From a virus (lineage: Duplodnaviria > Heunggongvirae > Uroviricota > Caudoviricetes), in IMG/VR virus record IMGVR_UViG_3300023238_000006, positions 64,001 to 111,400 of that record: a stretch of 47,400 nucleotides of DNA. One strand, 5' to 3'. Of the stretch, positions 29,356 through 39,318 are shown one piece after another (the stretch's first letter is position 1; each line of letters begins with the position of its first letter). A program made the position numbers and the translations under genes. The notes under the pieces were generated by a model that did no database searches, was not told the DNA's origin, and was given only the letters and a program-made list of their open reading frames with translations.

Positions 29356-31709
29356 CTAAGGTTATTCACGTATACGGACGATGAGGTGGACCCAGTAGAT
29401 GAGTGGCTGCCCCCCCCCACAGTTTCATACGTTGTAGATACCCTAGTACTAAGAAGAGGAGAATTACCACTAATATCAGTGGCTATGTTAGGATAGTCCC
29501 CCGCTAGTAGTCTAACAACACTTACCTTAGATGATGAAGTTGTGTGCTGTATATTAAAATTAAGCCCACAAGAAGTAAAAGATGTCCATTGCCCATATAT
29601 ACTAGATGTATACTGCGCGGTAACATTAGTACCAAAATTATTAAATATTAACCCAGTAAAGTTGTTACTACTACCACCACCACAATCTGCGTTATCTTGT
29701 ATTCTATGAGTAAATATAACAGTATCCCCTAGTAGGAACTCAGTATCTGTGTATGCCACCCTATTACAGTAGGAGGCATATGCATATGCACTAATTACAA
29801 TAATATTTGCTGCTACTGTAATAGGAGGTCTTATTCGAACAGCTTTATTATTGTTACCTGAGTTACTTCTATCATACGATCCTATATATGATGAGATGAG
29901 CGTCCCCGTGGTAGTACGAGTACTACTAGCAGTGATATCACTGACAGAGGAGATACTAGGTAATCTGTATTCATGAGTGGCACTTAAATACACAGCATCA
30001 CTGTACAAAGATGGATTAGCGTTGTATGTAGTAACAGGGATGTGAAAGTTTGTAAGAACCTCTAACTCACCGTCAAGATCTAAATACGACGCCTTGATAA
30101 CTGCACCATTTATAGCAGCACCCGATATTATACTACCTGTTATTTCTTTACCGTGTATAATAGTAGCAGATATGCTCTCAGCAATCAACCCTACAGTGTT
30201 TATACTTTGTGCATCTATAGTACCAGTAGTAATCCTTCCACCATCAATGGTTGTAGTATTAACATAATCAGTAGTAGCAAAACTACCTGTAAGTGTATCT
30301 GCTGTAATCTTAGCTAACTTCATCCTACTTATTGTACTTACGCCAATCCATCCTAGCATCATCTTAGTAGCTGTACTAGCCATTACGTAGTTATTAACTG
30401 TTCCAACCTTAGTCCCATCAGCTAGCCGTATTGCACCGCTAGCATCTATGTTACCGCCTGTTGGGTTTATTATTCCTTCTACTGAGTACCATGTGGTTGC
30501 ATCTAGTACATTACCATCTATCATTGTATATGTTATATTATTATACGTAACTGCATCTAATGAGTCCATTAGCACTACATTGAATCTATCCAGGCTGGTT
30601 ACACCTTTTACAGCAAATCTATAGTAATATGACATATACATCTCATCAACGTATGGGCTGTACACTTCATCAGCAACTACTGGCATATTTATCTGTGGTT
30701 CAGCAAATACGTCTATACCTGCTGCACTACTTTGCACTGGTGCTCCAACCAATTGATACCCAGCATTATTAGTATCAGCTATTAAGCTTGTAGTTGGTAT
30801 TAAGTTATCTGTAATATTAATATTCTTATCACCTACTGCTATAGTTGTTATACTAGCTGCAATTGCTTCGTCAACTGTACCTATTGACCCACCGCCGAAT
30901 GTAACTACTCCATTGAAGTTAGCCTTACCTGTTACTGTGTCAACCGAGAACATAGGCGGTGTAGAAGCTACGCCGTTACTAACTGTGAACTTATCTGCTA
31001 GTATGTTGAATGAGCTAGTAAGTCCTGTAGCCTCTGCTACAAACCCAGCTACATGTCCACCTACATCCACTACTAAACTTGACTTAGCTCTGGCTCCCCC
31101 TACTGTATCCACCACTGCCTCGTCTATCCTAGTAACACTAGCAGATGTTCCATTGAGTGTGGCAACTACTATATCATAATCATTAGCATATGCTGTGTCT
31201 CTATTAGCGAATGCTGTAGTTATACTTGTCTTATATGCTTCTACATCTCCACCGAACTTAGCACCTATCTGTTCTAATGCTATTGCAGTAGCTTCTGCCT
31301 CTGTAACCTTAGTAGCTATTAATGCTATATCTATAGCTCTGTTAGAACCTACTTCGCTTACTACCGTGTTTACTATAGTATTGATGGAGGTATTAGATGT
31401 GTTGATACTATCTATATTCTGCTGTATACCGACTGCCAATTGGTCAGTAAGTGTCGTTATACCACTGATTAATGTAGCAATACTACCACCAGCTTGTATC
31501 TCTTGTACTATAGCAGCTGTTACCCATGTAGGTATAGCACCAGTTAGATTTCCACCTGCAAATATACCACCACTTGATAATGTATACTCAGCAGGCATCA
31601 CTTCCATATAGGCACTATCGTTAGTACTTACAGTAGCCTCTATAAGTCCTTCAGTTACTTCAACAGTATCACCAACTATCTTAGTACTATCAGACTGAAC
31701 TTCAATCAT
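29352..31709 (-). CDS. Tail-tip / host-specificity (J-like, DUF1983-type) protein
   Basis: Coiled-coil N-terminus, then SLVVDVGGHVAGF...SSFNILADKFTV...FSVDTVTGKANFNG, followed by IDGGRITTG and beta-helical repeats. Confidence 0.7.
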   Translation of the reverse strand: MIEVQSDSTKIVGDTVEVTEGLIEATVSTNDSAYMEVMPAEYTLSSGGIFAGGNLTGAIPTWVTAAIVQEIQAGGSIATLISGITTLTDQLAVGIQQNIDSINTSNTSINTIVNTVVSEVGSNRAIDIALIATKVTEAEATAIALEQIGAKFGGDVEAYKTSITTAFANRDTAYANDYDIVVATLNGTSASVTRIDEAVVDTVGGARAKSSLVVDVGGHVAGFVAEATGLTSSFNILADKFTVSNGVASTPPMFSVDTVTGKANFNGVVTFGGGSIGTVDEAIAASITTIAVGDKNINITDNLIPTTSLIADTNNAGYQLVGAPVQSSAAGIDVFAEPQINMPVVADEVYSPYVDEMYMSYYYRFAVKGVTSLDRFNVVLMDSLDAVTYNNITYTMIDGNVLDATTWYSVEGIINPTGGNIDASGAIRLADGTKVGTVNNYVMASTATKMMLGWIGVSTISRMKLAKITADTLTGSFATTDYVNTTTIDGGRITTGTIDAQSINTVGLIAESISATIIHGKEITGSIISGAAINGAVIKASYLDLDGELEVLTNFHIPVTTYNANPSLYSDAVYLSATHEYRLPSISSVSDITASSTRTTTGTLISSYIGSYDRSNSGNNNKAVRIRPPITVAANIIVISAYAYASYCNRVAYTDTEFLLGDTVIFTHRIQDNADCGGGSSNNFTGLIFNNFGTNVTAQYTSSIYGQWTSFTSCGLNFNIQHTTSSSKVSVVRLLAGDYPNIATDISGNSPLLSTRVSTTYETVGGGSHSSTGSTSSSVYVNNLR

Positions 31710-32095
31710 TAGATAGTACCTGTAGGAACTACATATACTTTATCTATAGTTGTGACCCTATTCTCTATTGCAGATGCAGTAGTAAATGTAAGAGTTACTA
31801 CTCCTTGGTATCCCGGCTTAATATAGTAACCATCAACTTTATCACCTCTAGCTACTTCTAAGCCAGTTGTGTAAGCAACATCCAATGAGTATTTAACTAT
31901 ACCATCTAGAGGATCACCTTGCACAACTCCAATAACAGGAACTGAATAAGGTAGCATAGTATCCCAATCTATCAGCTCAAAGGTTGCACCGTTAACTTCT
32001 AAGTTAGTTAAGTCTTGTGCTAGGAATGAATCTTTAGCTACAACTCTAACAGTAAATTGGTATGGTTTACCTTTTGGTATTCTGAATTCAGCCAT
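31709..32095 (-). CDS. Hypothetical beta-rich structural protein
   Basis: Start moved to ATG 32095 (MAEFRIPKG), which follows an AAGGA RBS. Confidence 0.6.
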   Translation of the reverse strand: MAEFRIPKGKPYQFTVRVVAKDSFLAQDLTNLEVNGATFELIDWDTMLPYSVPVIGVVQGDPLDGIVKYSLDVAYTTGLEVARGDKVDGYYIKPGYQGVVTLTFTTASAIENRVTTIDKVYVVPTGTI

Positions 32096-32125
32096 TGATA
32101 TTATCCTTATTTTAGTAGTTAACAA

Positions 32126-32143
32126 AAGCCTCCTAAGAGGCTT
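32126..32143 (-). terminator. Rho-independent terminator after the gp55-like gene
   Basis: On the - strand: AAGCCTC-TTAG-GAGGCTT followed by TTGTT. Confidence 0.7.
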
Positions 32144-32159
32144 CTATAACAACTAGCTG

Positions 32160-32735
32160 TTAGGCAAGTTTGCTATTACGCATCGACTGGACTGCAGCCA
32201 ACGCTTTTAACTCAGCATCAGTTAAAGGCTCAACTGGTACTATAACAAATCTCTTCTTAGAAACCATATTATCACCACCACCAGCTTTAGGGGAATGGAT
32301 GATCATAGGAGCATCTTTGAGATTCTCAATAGCACCTACCCTTACATACTGAGGTTCACCACTAAGGTCTACCCAGTCAGTCTGCATACCAATCAATCTA
32401 TTACCCCATGATACTGAGATCATCTCGTCTTTAGTTTGACTCTCTCGCATATCTCTTACAATAACTCTTTCCTTAGCAAACAGCTCTAACCTTTGTAACT
32501 GAGCCTCGCTCTGTACCTTACGTCCTGGGGTACCCTTAGGTGTAGTAGCAGCTACCTTAGCTTCTTCTTCTCTATCTCTTCCATGAACAGCATCTTGTTT
32601 AGACTTAAAAGCATTGAGTGCCTCTAAATATTCTGTCTTATTTGGTTTCTGGGGGTTCTTAGCTTTAACTTCTAGACCAAAATCTTCACAAGCCTCTTTT
32701 AGTTGTGCGTTAGTCATATCATCAAAATCTGTCAT
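32160..32735 (-). CDS. N4 gp55-like protein (LEM/HeH-like N-terminus)
   Basis: MTNAQLKEACEDFGL...NKTEYL helix-extension-helix; SVSWGNRLIG...KRFVIVPVEPLTDAELKALA; directly downstream of the MCP. Confidence 0.7.
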   Translation of the reverse strand: MTDFDDMTNAQLKEACEDFGLEVKAKNPQKPNKTEYLEALNAFKSKQDAVHGRDREEEAKVAATTPKGTPGRKVQSEAQLQRLELFAKERVIVRDMRESQTKDEMISVSWGNRLIGMQTDWVDLSGEPQYVRVGAIENLKDAPMIIHSPKAGGGDNMVSKKRFVIVPVEPLTDAELKALAAVQSMRNSKLA

Positions 32736-32826
32736 TCATTAATTCCTTTAGTTTGGTTGACCTTAGTCATTGCCATAGTTGTTCTAGCCGTTAGCTACAA
32801 GGTTACGATTTGGTAGTATACCATAA

Positions 32827-32844
32827 CTCCTCCCTAAGGAGGAG
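32827..32844 (-). terminator. Hairpin after the major capsid gene (terminator-like), followed immediately by an extended -10 promoter at 32815-32825
   Basis: CTCCTCC-TTAG-GGAGGAG, then TTATGGTATACT. Confidence 0.55.
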
Positions 32845-32894
32845 ATAGCTAGACTACAGTAAGAATACCAACTAGTGGTACCCCTAGGTTAGAA

Positions 32895-34226
32895 CTAAGC
32901 TATTGGAGCTGTACAAGCGATCATTCTGATACGCTCTGCCTTGTAGATAAGAGTACCGAAGTACCAAGCAATACTGATTGAACCTAGTTTACCAAATGGA
33001 TCGTTATGTGCATCAGCCTTAGGCATTGCAGTTTTGATCGCAGATGAATCACCTTCGAAACCAACAGTTGCGAAAGAATCAGAACCAACGAATAACACTG
33101 GGAATACGTCAAACGCATCAACAGTAGTAGACCCAGCTTGGAAAGAAGAGTGGTAACCAGCAGTATCATCAGTAGAGTCAGCTATACCATCAACCGCGCC
33201 AACACCACGGTACTTTTGCATGTTAGCAACTTCGATGAAACGGAAACGACCAATCTTACCGATCTCTCCATCAGCAACAGTACCAGCATCAGCATAAGAC
33301 TCAATTGGAGCCCAAACATTAACACCATTGTGTTGCATGTCTTCTAACATTGGAGTTAACTCTTGACCTACGTAAACATAGTAAGCTTTACCAACAACCT
33401 TAGTATCAATCTTGTTAGAACCTGTGATGATCTTAGTATCCGTAGGAACTAGTAATCTCTTAAGTTCACCTTCCATAAGACGTAAGTCAGCGAAAGTTAA
33501 TTCAGCAGCTCTGTTACAAGTAAGAAGTGAAGTAGCAACAACACCAGCGAAAGTTCTGTTTACAGCAGCTTCAGCAAGAAGTGCAGATTGAACTTGTGCC
33601 TCGTATAACTCACCCTTAGCTTCACCAAGTGCCATAGTCTTACCAGCAAGAACACCAACTCTAGAATCCATATCAATAGATTTCTGAGTAAACTTAAGGT
33701 GAAGACCGAACTCAGCAACACTACCACGTACAGTAACAGATTTAGTGTTAACCGCGTTAACGTTACCACCCTCTTCAGTTAATGTTGGGAAAGAACCAGA
33801 TACTACAGAGTAATCAGCGTCACCACCATAAATCTTACCAGTACCATACTTGTAAGAAGCATAACCAACAACAGCCTCAGCAGCAGTTACAGCAGCAGCT
33901 TGAGAAGCGTACTCACGTACTTCAACAGTAGCGATAAGAGCACTAGAAGCGTTATACACATAAAGAACCTGAGCAACAACAGTTGCAGCAGTAGCATCAA
34001 TACCACCATCAAGGCGGTTAAGTTCGTGAAGGATTGGGAACTGACGCTCTTTAACAATCTCATCACCAAAGTGCTTAGGTTGAGTTAAACGATCACCAAG
34101 TTGTGTAAAAGTTCTTTTCTTAGCTGCTTCACGAATAGCACCCTTTGACCAGAATTTGTCATTATATTGTTCGTCGATACCAGTAGTTGTTAACTTACCA
34201 GTGTTGAATTTAGAAGTTGTAGCCAT
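32895..34226 (-). CDS. Major capsid protein (N4 gp56 family)
   Basis: FTQLGDRLTQPKHFGDEIVKERQFPILH...EEGGNVN...FPVLFVGSDSFATVGF...NDPFGKLGSISIAWYFGTLI; codon bias typical of a highly expressed gene. Confidence 0.92.
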   Translation of the reverse strand: MATTSKFNTGKLTTTGIDEQYNDKFWSKGAIREAAKKRTFTQLGDRLTQPKHFGDEIVKERQFPILHELNRLDGGIDATAATVVAQVLYVYNASSALIATVEVREYASQAAAVTAAEAVVGYASYKYGTGKIYGGDADYSVVSGSFPTLTEEGGNVNAVNTKSVTVRGSVAEFGLHLKFTQKSIDMDSRVGVLAGKTMALGEAKGELYEAQVQSALLAEAAVNRTFAGVVATSLLTCNRAAELTFADLRLMEGELKRLLVPTDTKIITGSNKIDTKVVGKAYYVYVGQELTPMLEDMQHNGVNVWAPIESYADAGTVADGEIGKIGRFRFIEVANMQKYRGVGAVDGIADSTDDTAGYHSSFQAGSTTVDAFDVFPVLFVGSDSFATVGFEGDSSAIKTAMPKADAHNDPFGKLGSISIAWYFGTLIYKAERIRMIACTAPIA

Positions 34227-34275
34227 TTTGTAAAACCTTTAAGTTTATTGTTTATTGTTTAAAGAGTAGAAGGGG

Positions 34276-35589
34276 TTACCCTCTACCGCTTGATACTAGG
34301 AAGTTCATTAGTTCATCTAAGTCTTCACCCTCTACTGCCAATGGATCGAACCTAGCTGCAGGCTTTGCCTTAGCTTTCTTCTTACTCATTGATGCAGCCT
34401 TCTTACGCTGCTGACTAACCTTAGCTTCACGCTTAGTCAATTCAGCTTTATAAGCATCTTCTTCCCTAGCCTTAACTATCTTAGCCTTCTCAGACTGGAC
34501 AGTTGGCTTCTTAACTACAGGAGCTTTAACCACCGCAGCTTCTACAGGAGCTTTAGGAGAGGCAACTGGTGCTTCCCTCTGTAACTCTGCCACAGCTGCA
34601 CGATACTTGTTTATAGTCGTCTTAGACCCATAAGTACCATTGTAATCTGATCTACTCATCTCACTCATCTTGTCCTGGACTCTATCATAGACTCCACTCT
34701 CCATGTGCTGTAACAAGTCATTACGAACAGCATCATTAGAGACAAACTCTTGGAAACTTGCAGGGTCCCATTCATTGCCTATAACTTGCCTAACACGATC
34801 TTCAATACCAGCTGCTTTAGCTCGTTCCATTGTATCTTCGATTACCATTGATTCGTCACTGGCAACATTACGTTTACCACTATACTCAATCACATCCATA
34901 TCTAAATCAAGTGGATCAATATTCAAAGACTGGAGATGAGACTTAATAGCCTCCTTATCTCCATCTAGAATATTCATAGCTAAGTCAAACTTAGACTGAT
35001 CGTCTAACATACCTCTCTCTTTAAGAGGGGCCATAAAAGGACGATACTGCTTAAAGCCTGCCATCTTCTCAGAGAAACCACCAGCCATCTGTTGTGACTG
35101 AATAATCTTCTGAGGATCTGCGAAGCCCTTAGTCTTCTTACCATTAACAACGAACTCTGTATTAACTACAGATTCATAGAAAGCCTTATAGTCGATTACA
35201 TCAGTGTCTGGAGCTTCACCGTCGATCGGCTCTTCTGTGTCTGTGTCTTCTTCTGATTCCTCATCAGTGGGTTCGTCCTCACCGTCTTCATCATCTGAAC
35301 TATCGTCCTCTACTAGAGTGTCTTCTTCCTCATCGTCCTCTTCGTCTTCTGAATCCTCGTCAAGATCGCCGTCGCTATCTTCATCAAGGGTATCATCATC
35401 CGCAGACTCTTCTTCTTGGTCTGTGTCCTCTTCTTCTTCTTGTTCTTCGTCATCGTTGTCTTCGTCTGCAGTATCTTCTGCATCTTCATCAACACTTTCA
35501 TCACGAAAAGACCCGTCTAACATAGAAGCAAACAGATCCTCTGTAAACTCTACTTCTTCTTCTGCTTCTCTCTTAATTTCTTCTGACAT
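34276..35589 (-). CDS. N4 gp57-like protein (probable scaffold; often annotated tape measure)
   Basis: Long D/E-rich N-terminal tract, then EFVVNGKK...IIQSQQMAGGFSEKMAGFK; immediately upstream of the MCP. Confidence 0.8.
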   Translation of the reverse strand: MSEEIKREAEEEVEFTEDLFASMLDGSFRDESVDEDAEDTADEDNDDEEQEEEEDTDQEEESADDDTLDEDSDGDLDEDSEDEEDDEEEDTLVEDDSSDDEDGEDEPTDEESEEDTDTEEPIDGEAPDTDVIDYKAFYESVVNTEFVVNGKKTKGFADPQKIIQSQQMAGGFSEKMAGFKQYRPFMAPLKERGMLDDQSKFDLAMNILDGDKEAIKSHLQSLNIDPLDLDMDVIEYSGKRNVASDESMVIEDTMERAKAAGIEDRVRQVIGNEWDPASFQEFVSNDAVRNDLLQHMESGVYDRVQDKMSEMSRSDYNGTYGSKTTINKYRAAVAELQREAPVASPKAPVEAAVVKAPVVKKPTVQSEKAKIVKAREEDAYKAELTKREAKVSQQRKKAASMSKKKAKAKPAARFDPLAVEGEDLDELMNFLVSSGRG

Positions 35590-35591
35590 AA

Positions 35592-35975
35592 TTATTCCTC
35601 ATCTTCAGCATATTGCTTAGTAACACTAACACGTTCAAGTTCTTCATTCTCTATATTGAATGGAGCTTGCCCCGCCTCTACCTCTATAGTACCCTTATAC
35701 CCAGGAGTTCCAATATACGCTTTAAAGTGGCTTATACAAGCTAACTCCAAATGTATCTCTTTGTCTGTGTAATCAGATGACCTAATAGGATCTGTTAGTA
35801 TTTTAAACAACTTAGCTTCTAATGACTCTATATAACCAGCCATAATAACTCGTTGAAATTTAGGGTCTTTCCTTAAGGCTTCTAAGTCCTTACCTCGCTC
35901 AATAGCTTGTTGCTGTACAGCAATGTAGCTATCTATAGCTTTCAGTGTTTCATTCAGTATAAGCGTATCGCCCAT
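35592..35975 (-). CDS. N4 gp58-like protein
   Basis: GKDLEALRKDPKFQRVIMAGY...ISHFKAYI; synteny between portal and gp57. Confidence 0.7.
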   Translation of the reverse strand: MGDTLILNETLKAIDSYIAVQQQAIERGKDLEALRKDPKFQRVIMAGYIESLEAKLFKILTDPIRSSDYTDKEIHLELACISHFKAYIGTPGYKGTIEVEAGQAPFNIENEELERVSVTKQYAEDEE

Positions 35976-36140
35976 CGTAGTCCTTTAGGTTGCTTTACAG
36001 CATTGCCTGGTATGCAGCTTTTTAGAGCATCAGTTGTTGGCTCGTTGAAGGGAAAGTCTAGGTCAATCCCTACCTACATAAGTTATTATGTAGTAACTCT
36101 TAACTGGCGTGAGTATACATTAGTGTAACTTAATCCAAAC

Positions 36141-36611
36141 TTAATTTAGGTCATATCCTCCCAGTCCTTGGGATTGTTCTAGCTGTGCTTGATCTTGCTG
36201 CATAAACTGCTGTGCCATCTGCATAGCTGCTTGAGCTACCTGAGGATCCATCTGCCCATTTTGAACCATAGATTGTAATTGCTCTTGACCAATCTGACCT
36301 TGAATAATACCATCAGCTACTTGCTCAGTCTGGATTCTCATCCCTTCTTGCTGCTCTTGCTGTTGAGCTTGTAACCCTCTCTGAGCTAACCCCTCTGTAG
36401 CTTCAGCCATCCCTTGCTCTCTACCAGCTTGTGCACCAGCCTGTGCTATCTGTGACTCTCTATTAGCAACTGCTGCTTGTGCTTGTGCACCTTGTGCTGC
36501 CTTTCTAGCATCAGCTTCTTGTAATGCTGGGTGTCTCTCTCGTATATATGGGTTGGGTGCAACAGCCGGTGCTGTTGGTTGGCCTAGTCCTTGTTGCTCA
36601 TCTGGGTTCAT
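36141..36611 (-). CDS. Gln/Ala-rich low-complexity protein
   Basis: 156-aa ORF with AAGGA RBS; QAQAAV/QQQEQQ-rich; no Cys. Confidence 0.7.
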   Translation of the reverse strand: MNPDEQQGLGQPTAPAVAPNPYIRERHPALQEADARKAAQGAQAQAAVANRESQIAQAGAQAGREQGMAEATEGLAQRGLQAQQQEQQEGMRIQTEQVADGIIQGQIGQEQLQSMVQNGQMDPQVAQAAMQMAQQFMQQDQAQLEQSQGLGGYDLN

Positions 36612-36634
36612 TTAGTTTCCTTTTAGTTTTAGTA

Positions 36635-38842
36635 TTATATCTCTGACACTTGCTTAGAGCCCATTCTGGCTAAAGAAGCATCTAAGTAGGAGAGCTCTTC
36701 TTGTTCTCTGGTCTTTTGTGTAGAAGCTGCTGAGGCTACATCAGCCTTGTATTGTAAATCCTCAACTTGCTCATTACGCTCAGTACCTTGCATAATGCGT
36801 ACTGCAGCAATATCGAGTAGGTCTGTTTCAGATTCAATCTTAAGGGCAGTAGCAAGAGCTTGTTCAGCTTTTGCAGCCTTAAGCTTAGCATCACCATTCT
36901 CATTCTCAGAAGTTCTAGAAAGTCTCTCGAATATCTTAGAGTCGTAATCTTCAAGCTGTTTCTGTGCTAACGCATTCTTAAGCTTCTGCTCTTCAATCTG
37001 AAGTGCCATCAGCTCCTGCTGTGCAGGATCTGGCTGAGGCTCAAAGTTAGATACACTTTCTGCAAGGCTATCTAGTTTCCACAACTCAGCTAGCTGCACA
37101 TAATGCATCTTAGCTATATCTGGAGCCATAGACGCACTGTTAGTTTGCATCAACTTCATAATCTTAGTAGCCTGGTCCTCATCCTTCTCAGGGGTAGATA
37201 CCTCAACAGTTAGGTCAAAGTTACCTTCTAAGTCATCTCTCTTAATAGTCACATACTCTTTATCAGTAATCCTAACTACTTCTTCTTCAGACAGAAACAC
37301 TTGGTTCATAGCTATAGTCATACGAGCCATATCTACAAACAGTAACGCACTAAGGCGTCTAAGTATACTCAGCTCTCTCTTAGCAGTCGCATCCATAGAG
37401 TTCTTAACATCACTACCTCCGCCCATCTTAGCGCCTCCTGGGCCTCCAAATGGACGTGTACCAGTAAGCTCACTAGCATCAGTAGCTTGCCAGTTGATTA
37501 CATCAAATGGTGTACTACCTACTTGCTGAACATCTTGTCTATAGATAGCTCTCTTAGGATCCATCTGTGAACGGTAGTAAACTGTATTACCCTTCTCATA
37601 GCTATTCTTCTGTGAAGGACTTGGGAAGAAGTTCTCATCTATAAACTCTTGCCCTACCGCTTGCTTAGCTGTAATATCATGGATAGCTCTAGTCATCTTA
37701 CCTATAGAATCTTGATTTTCTTTAAGTAACTCTGCATCAGGCTCACCATGGACACTCTTCTTAACAGGCATATATGTAGCAACACTAAAAGGTATTCTAC
37801 CGTGAGGGAATGGGTTCTCTTCAAGTCTAATTAAAGTCTTACCAATCCAAGTAGCTACAATACTAACTAAATTACCATCGCCTTGTATATCCCAGTAACC
37901 CCAGTACTCATAAGCTCTAAGTCTCTTACGAGCCTTGTCCTTGAACTCAAAGCTGTTACTCTCATCAGACCTATGTTCATCAGATGTCTCATCAGATTCA
38001 AAGTTAAGGCTCTCAATATTATGGTAAACACCCCACTCTTCCCCATCCTCGTCTTTACTATACTCTTCGCTCTTTAGGTCAGCATAAGATGTATCATACT
38101 CATGGATTACAAATAATGCATCCTCTATAATACCCTCGCAAGTAGGGTCTATAGTTACGTTAGCGTTAATACAAACTTCATAAGAAGGCTGGTTCTTAGT
38201 AATAACCTCTCTCTCAACCATAACCATCTCAACACCGGTCTGGATTGGCTCACCAGTCTCCAACATAGCCTGTGCTTGCTCTGGAGGCATCTTGCCAGCA
38301 TCTACTAGTCTACGCATCAACGCCACAGAATCTTCTGGGCTAGCAAATACTGGACGCTCTTCTTCTACTTCCTTCATAACTGAAGCAAAGTCCCAACCGG
38401 TCTTAACAATAACTGTACCTTCATCTACAACAGTTCTAACTATCTCACCAACTAGTTTAGCTTTCTTAACCTTAGTATTCCACTGATAGTTAAGTATACG
38501 GCCATTCTGCTTAGCTGCTTCAACATCCATACCTGTTGTACCTACAACCTTGAATAAACTTGTAGTACTTAGTAGGGGATCTTCTAACGCAGGGTACTTC
38601 CACTCGTTGTTCTTACGCACAACCTTAGGTCTAGCAGCAGACTTGCCAAGGCCTGCATTGATAGCAGGGCCTCCATCACGAGTCTCTTCCCATCCTAGTA
38701 GTTTAGCTCTAAACTCTTCTTGAGAACTTTCTGCTGAAGTTAAGTCAGCCTCTAAGTCAGCTCTCGAGGGGGCATTCTTCCACCCACTCTGTAGCTTAGT
38801 TTTCTTCTTAGGAGACTCATCATCATAAATATTCTCAGCCAT
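36635..38842 (-). CDS. Portal protein (N4 gp59 family)
   Basis: KLQSGWKNAPSRADL...PKVVRKNNEWKYPALEDPLL...VDEGTVIVKTGW...YEYWGYWDI...RLEENPFPHGRIPF...KRELSILRRL. Confidence 0.92.
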   Translation of the reverse strand: MAENIYDDESPKKKTKLQSGWKNAPSRADLEADLTSAESSQEEFRAKLLGWEETRDGGPAINAGLGKSAARPKVVRKNNEWKYPALEDPLLSTTSLFKVVGTTGMDVEAAKQNGRILNYQWNTKVKKAKLVGEIVRTVVDEGTVIVKTGWDFASVMKEVEEERPVFASPEDSVALMRRLVDAGKMPPEQAQAMLETGEPIQTGVEMVMVEREVITKNQPSYEVCINANVTIDPTCEGIIEDALFVIHEYDTSYADLKSEEYSKDEDGEEWGVYHNIESLNFESDETSDEHRSDESNSFEFKDKARKRLRAYEYWGYWDIQGDGNLVSIVATWIGKTLIRLEENPFPHGRIPFSVATYMPVKKSVHGEPDAELLKENQDSIGKMTRAIHDITAKQAVGQEFIDENFFPSPSQKNSYEKGNTVYYRSQMDPKRAIYRQDVQQVGSTPFDVINWQATDASELTGTRPFGGPGGAKMGGGSDVKNSMDATAKRELSILRRLSALLFVDMARMTIAMNQVFLSEEEVVRITDKEYVTIKRDDLEGNFDLTVEVSTPEKDEDQATKIMKLMQTNSASMAPDIAKMHYVQLAELWKLDSLAESVSNFEPQPDPAQQELMALQIEEQKLKNALAQKQLEDYDSKIFERLSRTSENENGDAKLKAAKAEQALATALKIESETDLLDIAAVRIMQGTERNEQVEDLQYKADVASAASTQKTREQEELSYLDASLARMGSKQVSEI

Positions 38843-38898
38843 ATTTGTTCCTTTATTTTATCTTTGAATTATACATAACTATCTAGTTAATGTCAATA

Positions 38899-39318
38899 CT
38901 ACACATTGAATACGTAGATCTTATCAAGGCCTGTAGGCTTGCAGTCTGCGTGCAACCATGATACTTTTCCTTCAACTCTGGTCAGATCAGGAAACTCTCC
39001 CTGATGACTAAGTATATAACTCCTAGCCTCTTCAGCAGTGTACTCACTAAACACACAGTCAAAGGCATCACCACAACTATGCCGAGAACCTTCACTGTAC
39101 CATTTACTATCTCTAGTTCTAAGGCCAGACCAGTTACGATCTCCACCCCACTTCCAAGTGTTAACACTCATTGAGCCTTTAGGGAAGGCATCCTTAATTG
39201 CATCTAATGTCTTGAGTATCCCAGGAGTAAACATCCTCCACAACACATCTTCATGGACATTATCAAACATCTCTTTAGGTACTAACTCTTCTATACAGAA
39301 ATGTTTACTAATATACAT
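38899..39318 (-). CDS. Endolysin, peptidase M15-like zinc peptidase
   Basis: SGLRT...SRHSCGDAFD and SWLHAD zinc-binding motifs. Confidence 0.8.
   Translation of the reverse strand: MYISKHFCIEELVPKEMFDNVHEDVLWRMFTPGILKTLDAIKDAFPKGSMSVNTWKWGGDRNWSGLRTRDSKWYSEGSRHSCGDAFDCVFSEYTAEEARSYILSHQGEFPDLTRVEGKVSWLHADCKPTGLDKIYVFNV

Noticed and set aside
35250-35580. Possible tandem repeat or CRISPR-like array (tcttc/tcatc runs)
   Set aside because: Low-complexity Asp/Glu codons inside a CDS; no fixed repeat-spacer periodicity.
35204-35620. Ser-rich + strand ORF, and similar + strand ORFs across 7553-46297
   Set aside because: Antisense shadows of long - strand genes (this one mirrors the Asp/Glu tract of the gp57-like gene); no RBS or motifs.
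35976-36140. tRNA or known riboswitch in the largest intergenic gaps (also 32736-32894)
   Set aside because: No T-loop GTTCRA / D-loop / CCA pattern and no riboswitch consensus I can recognise.
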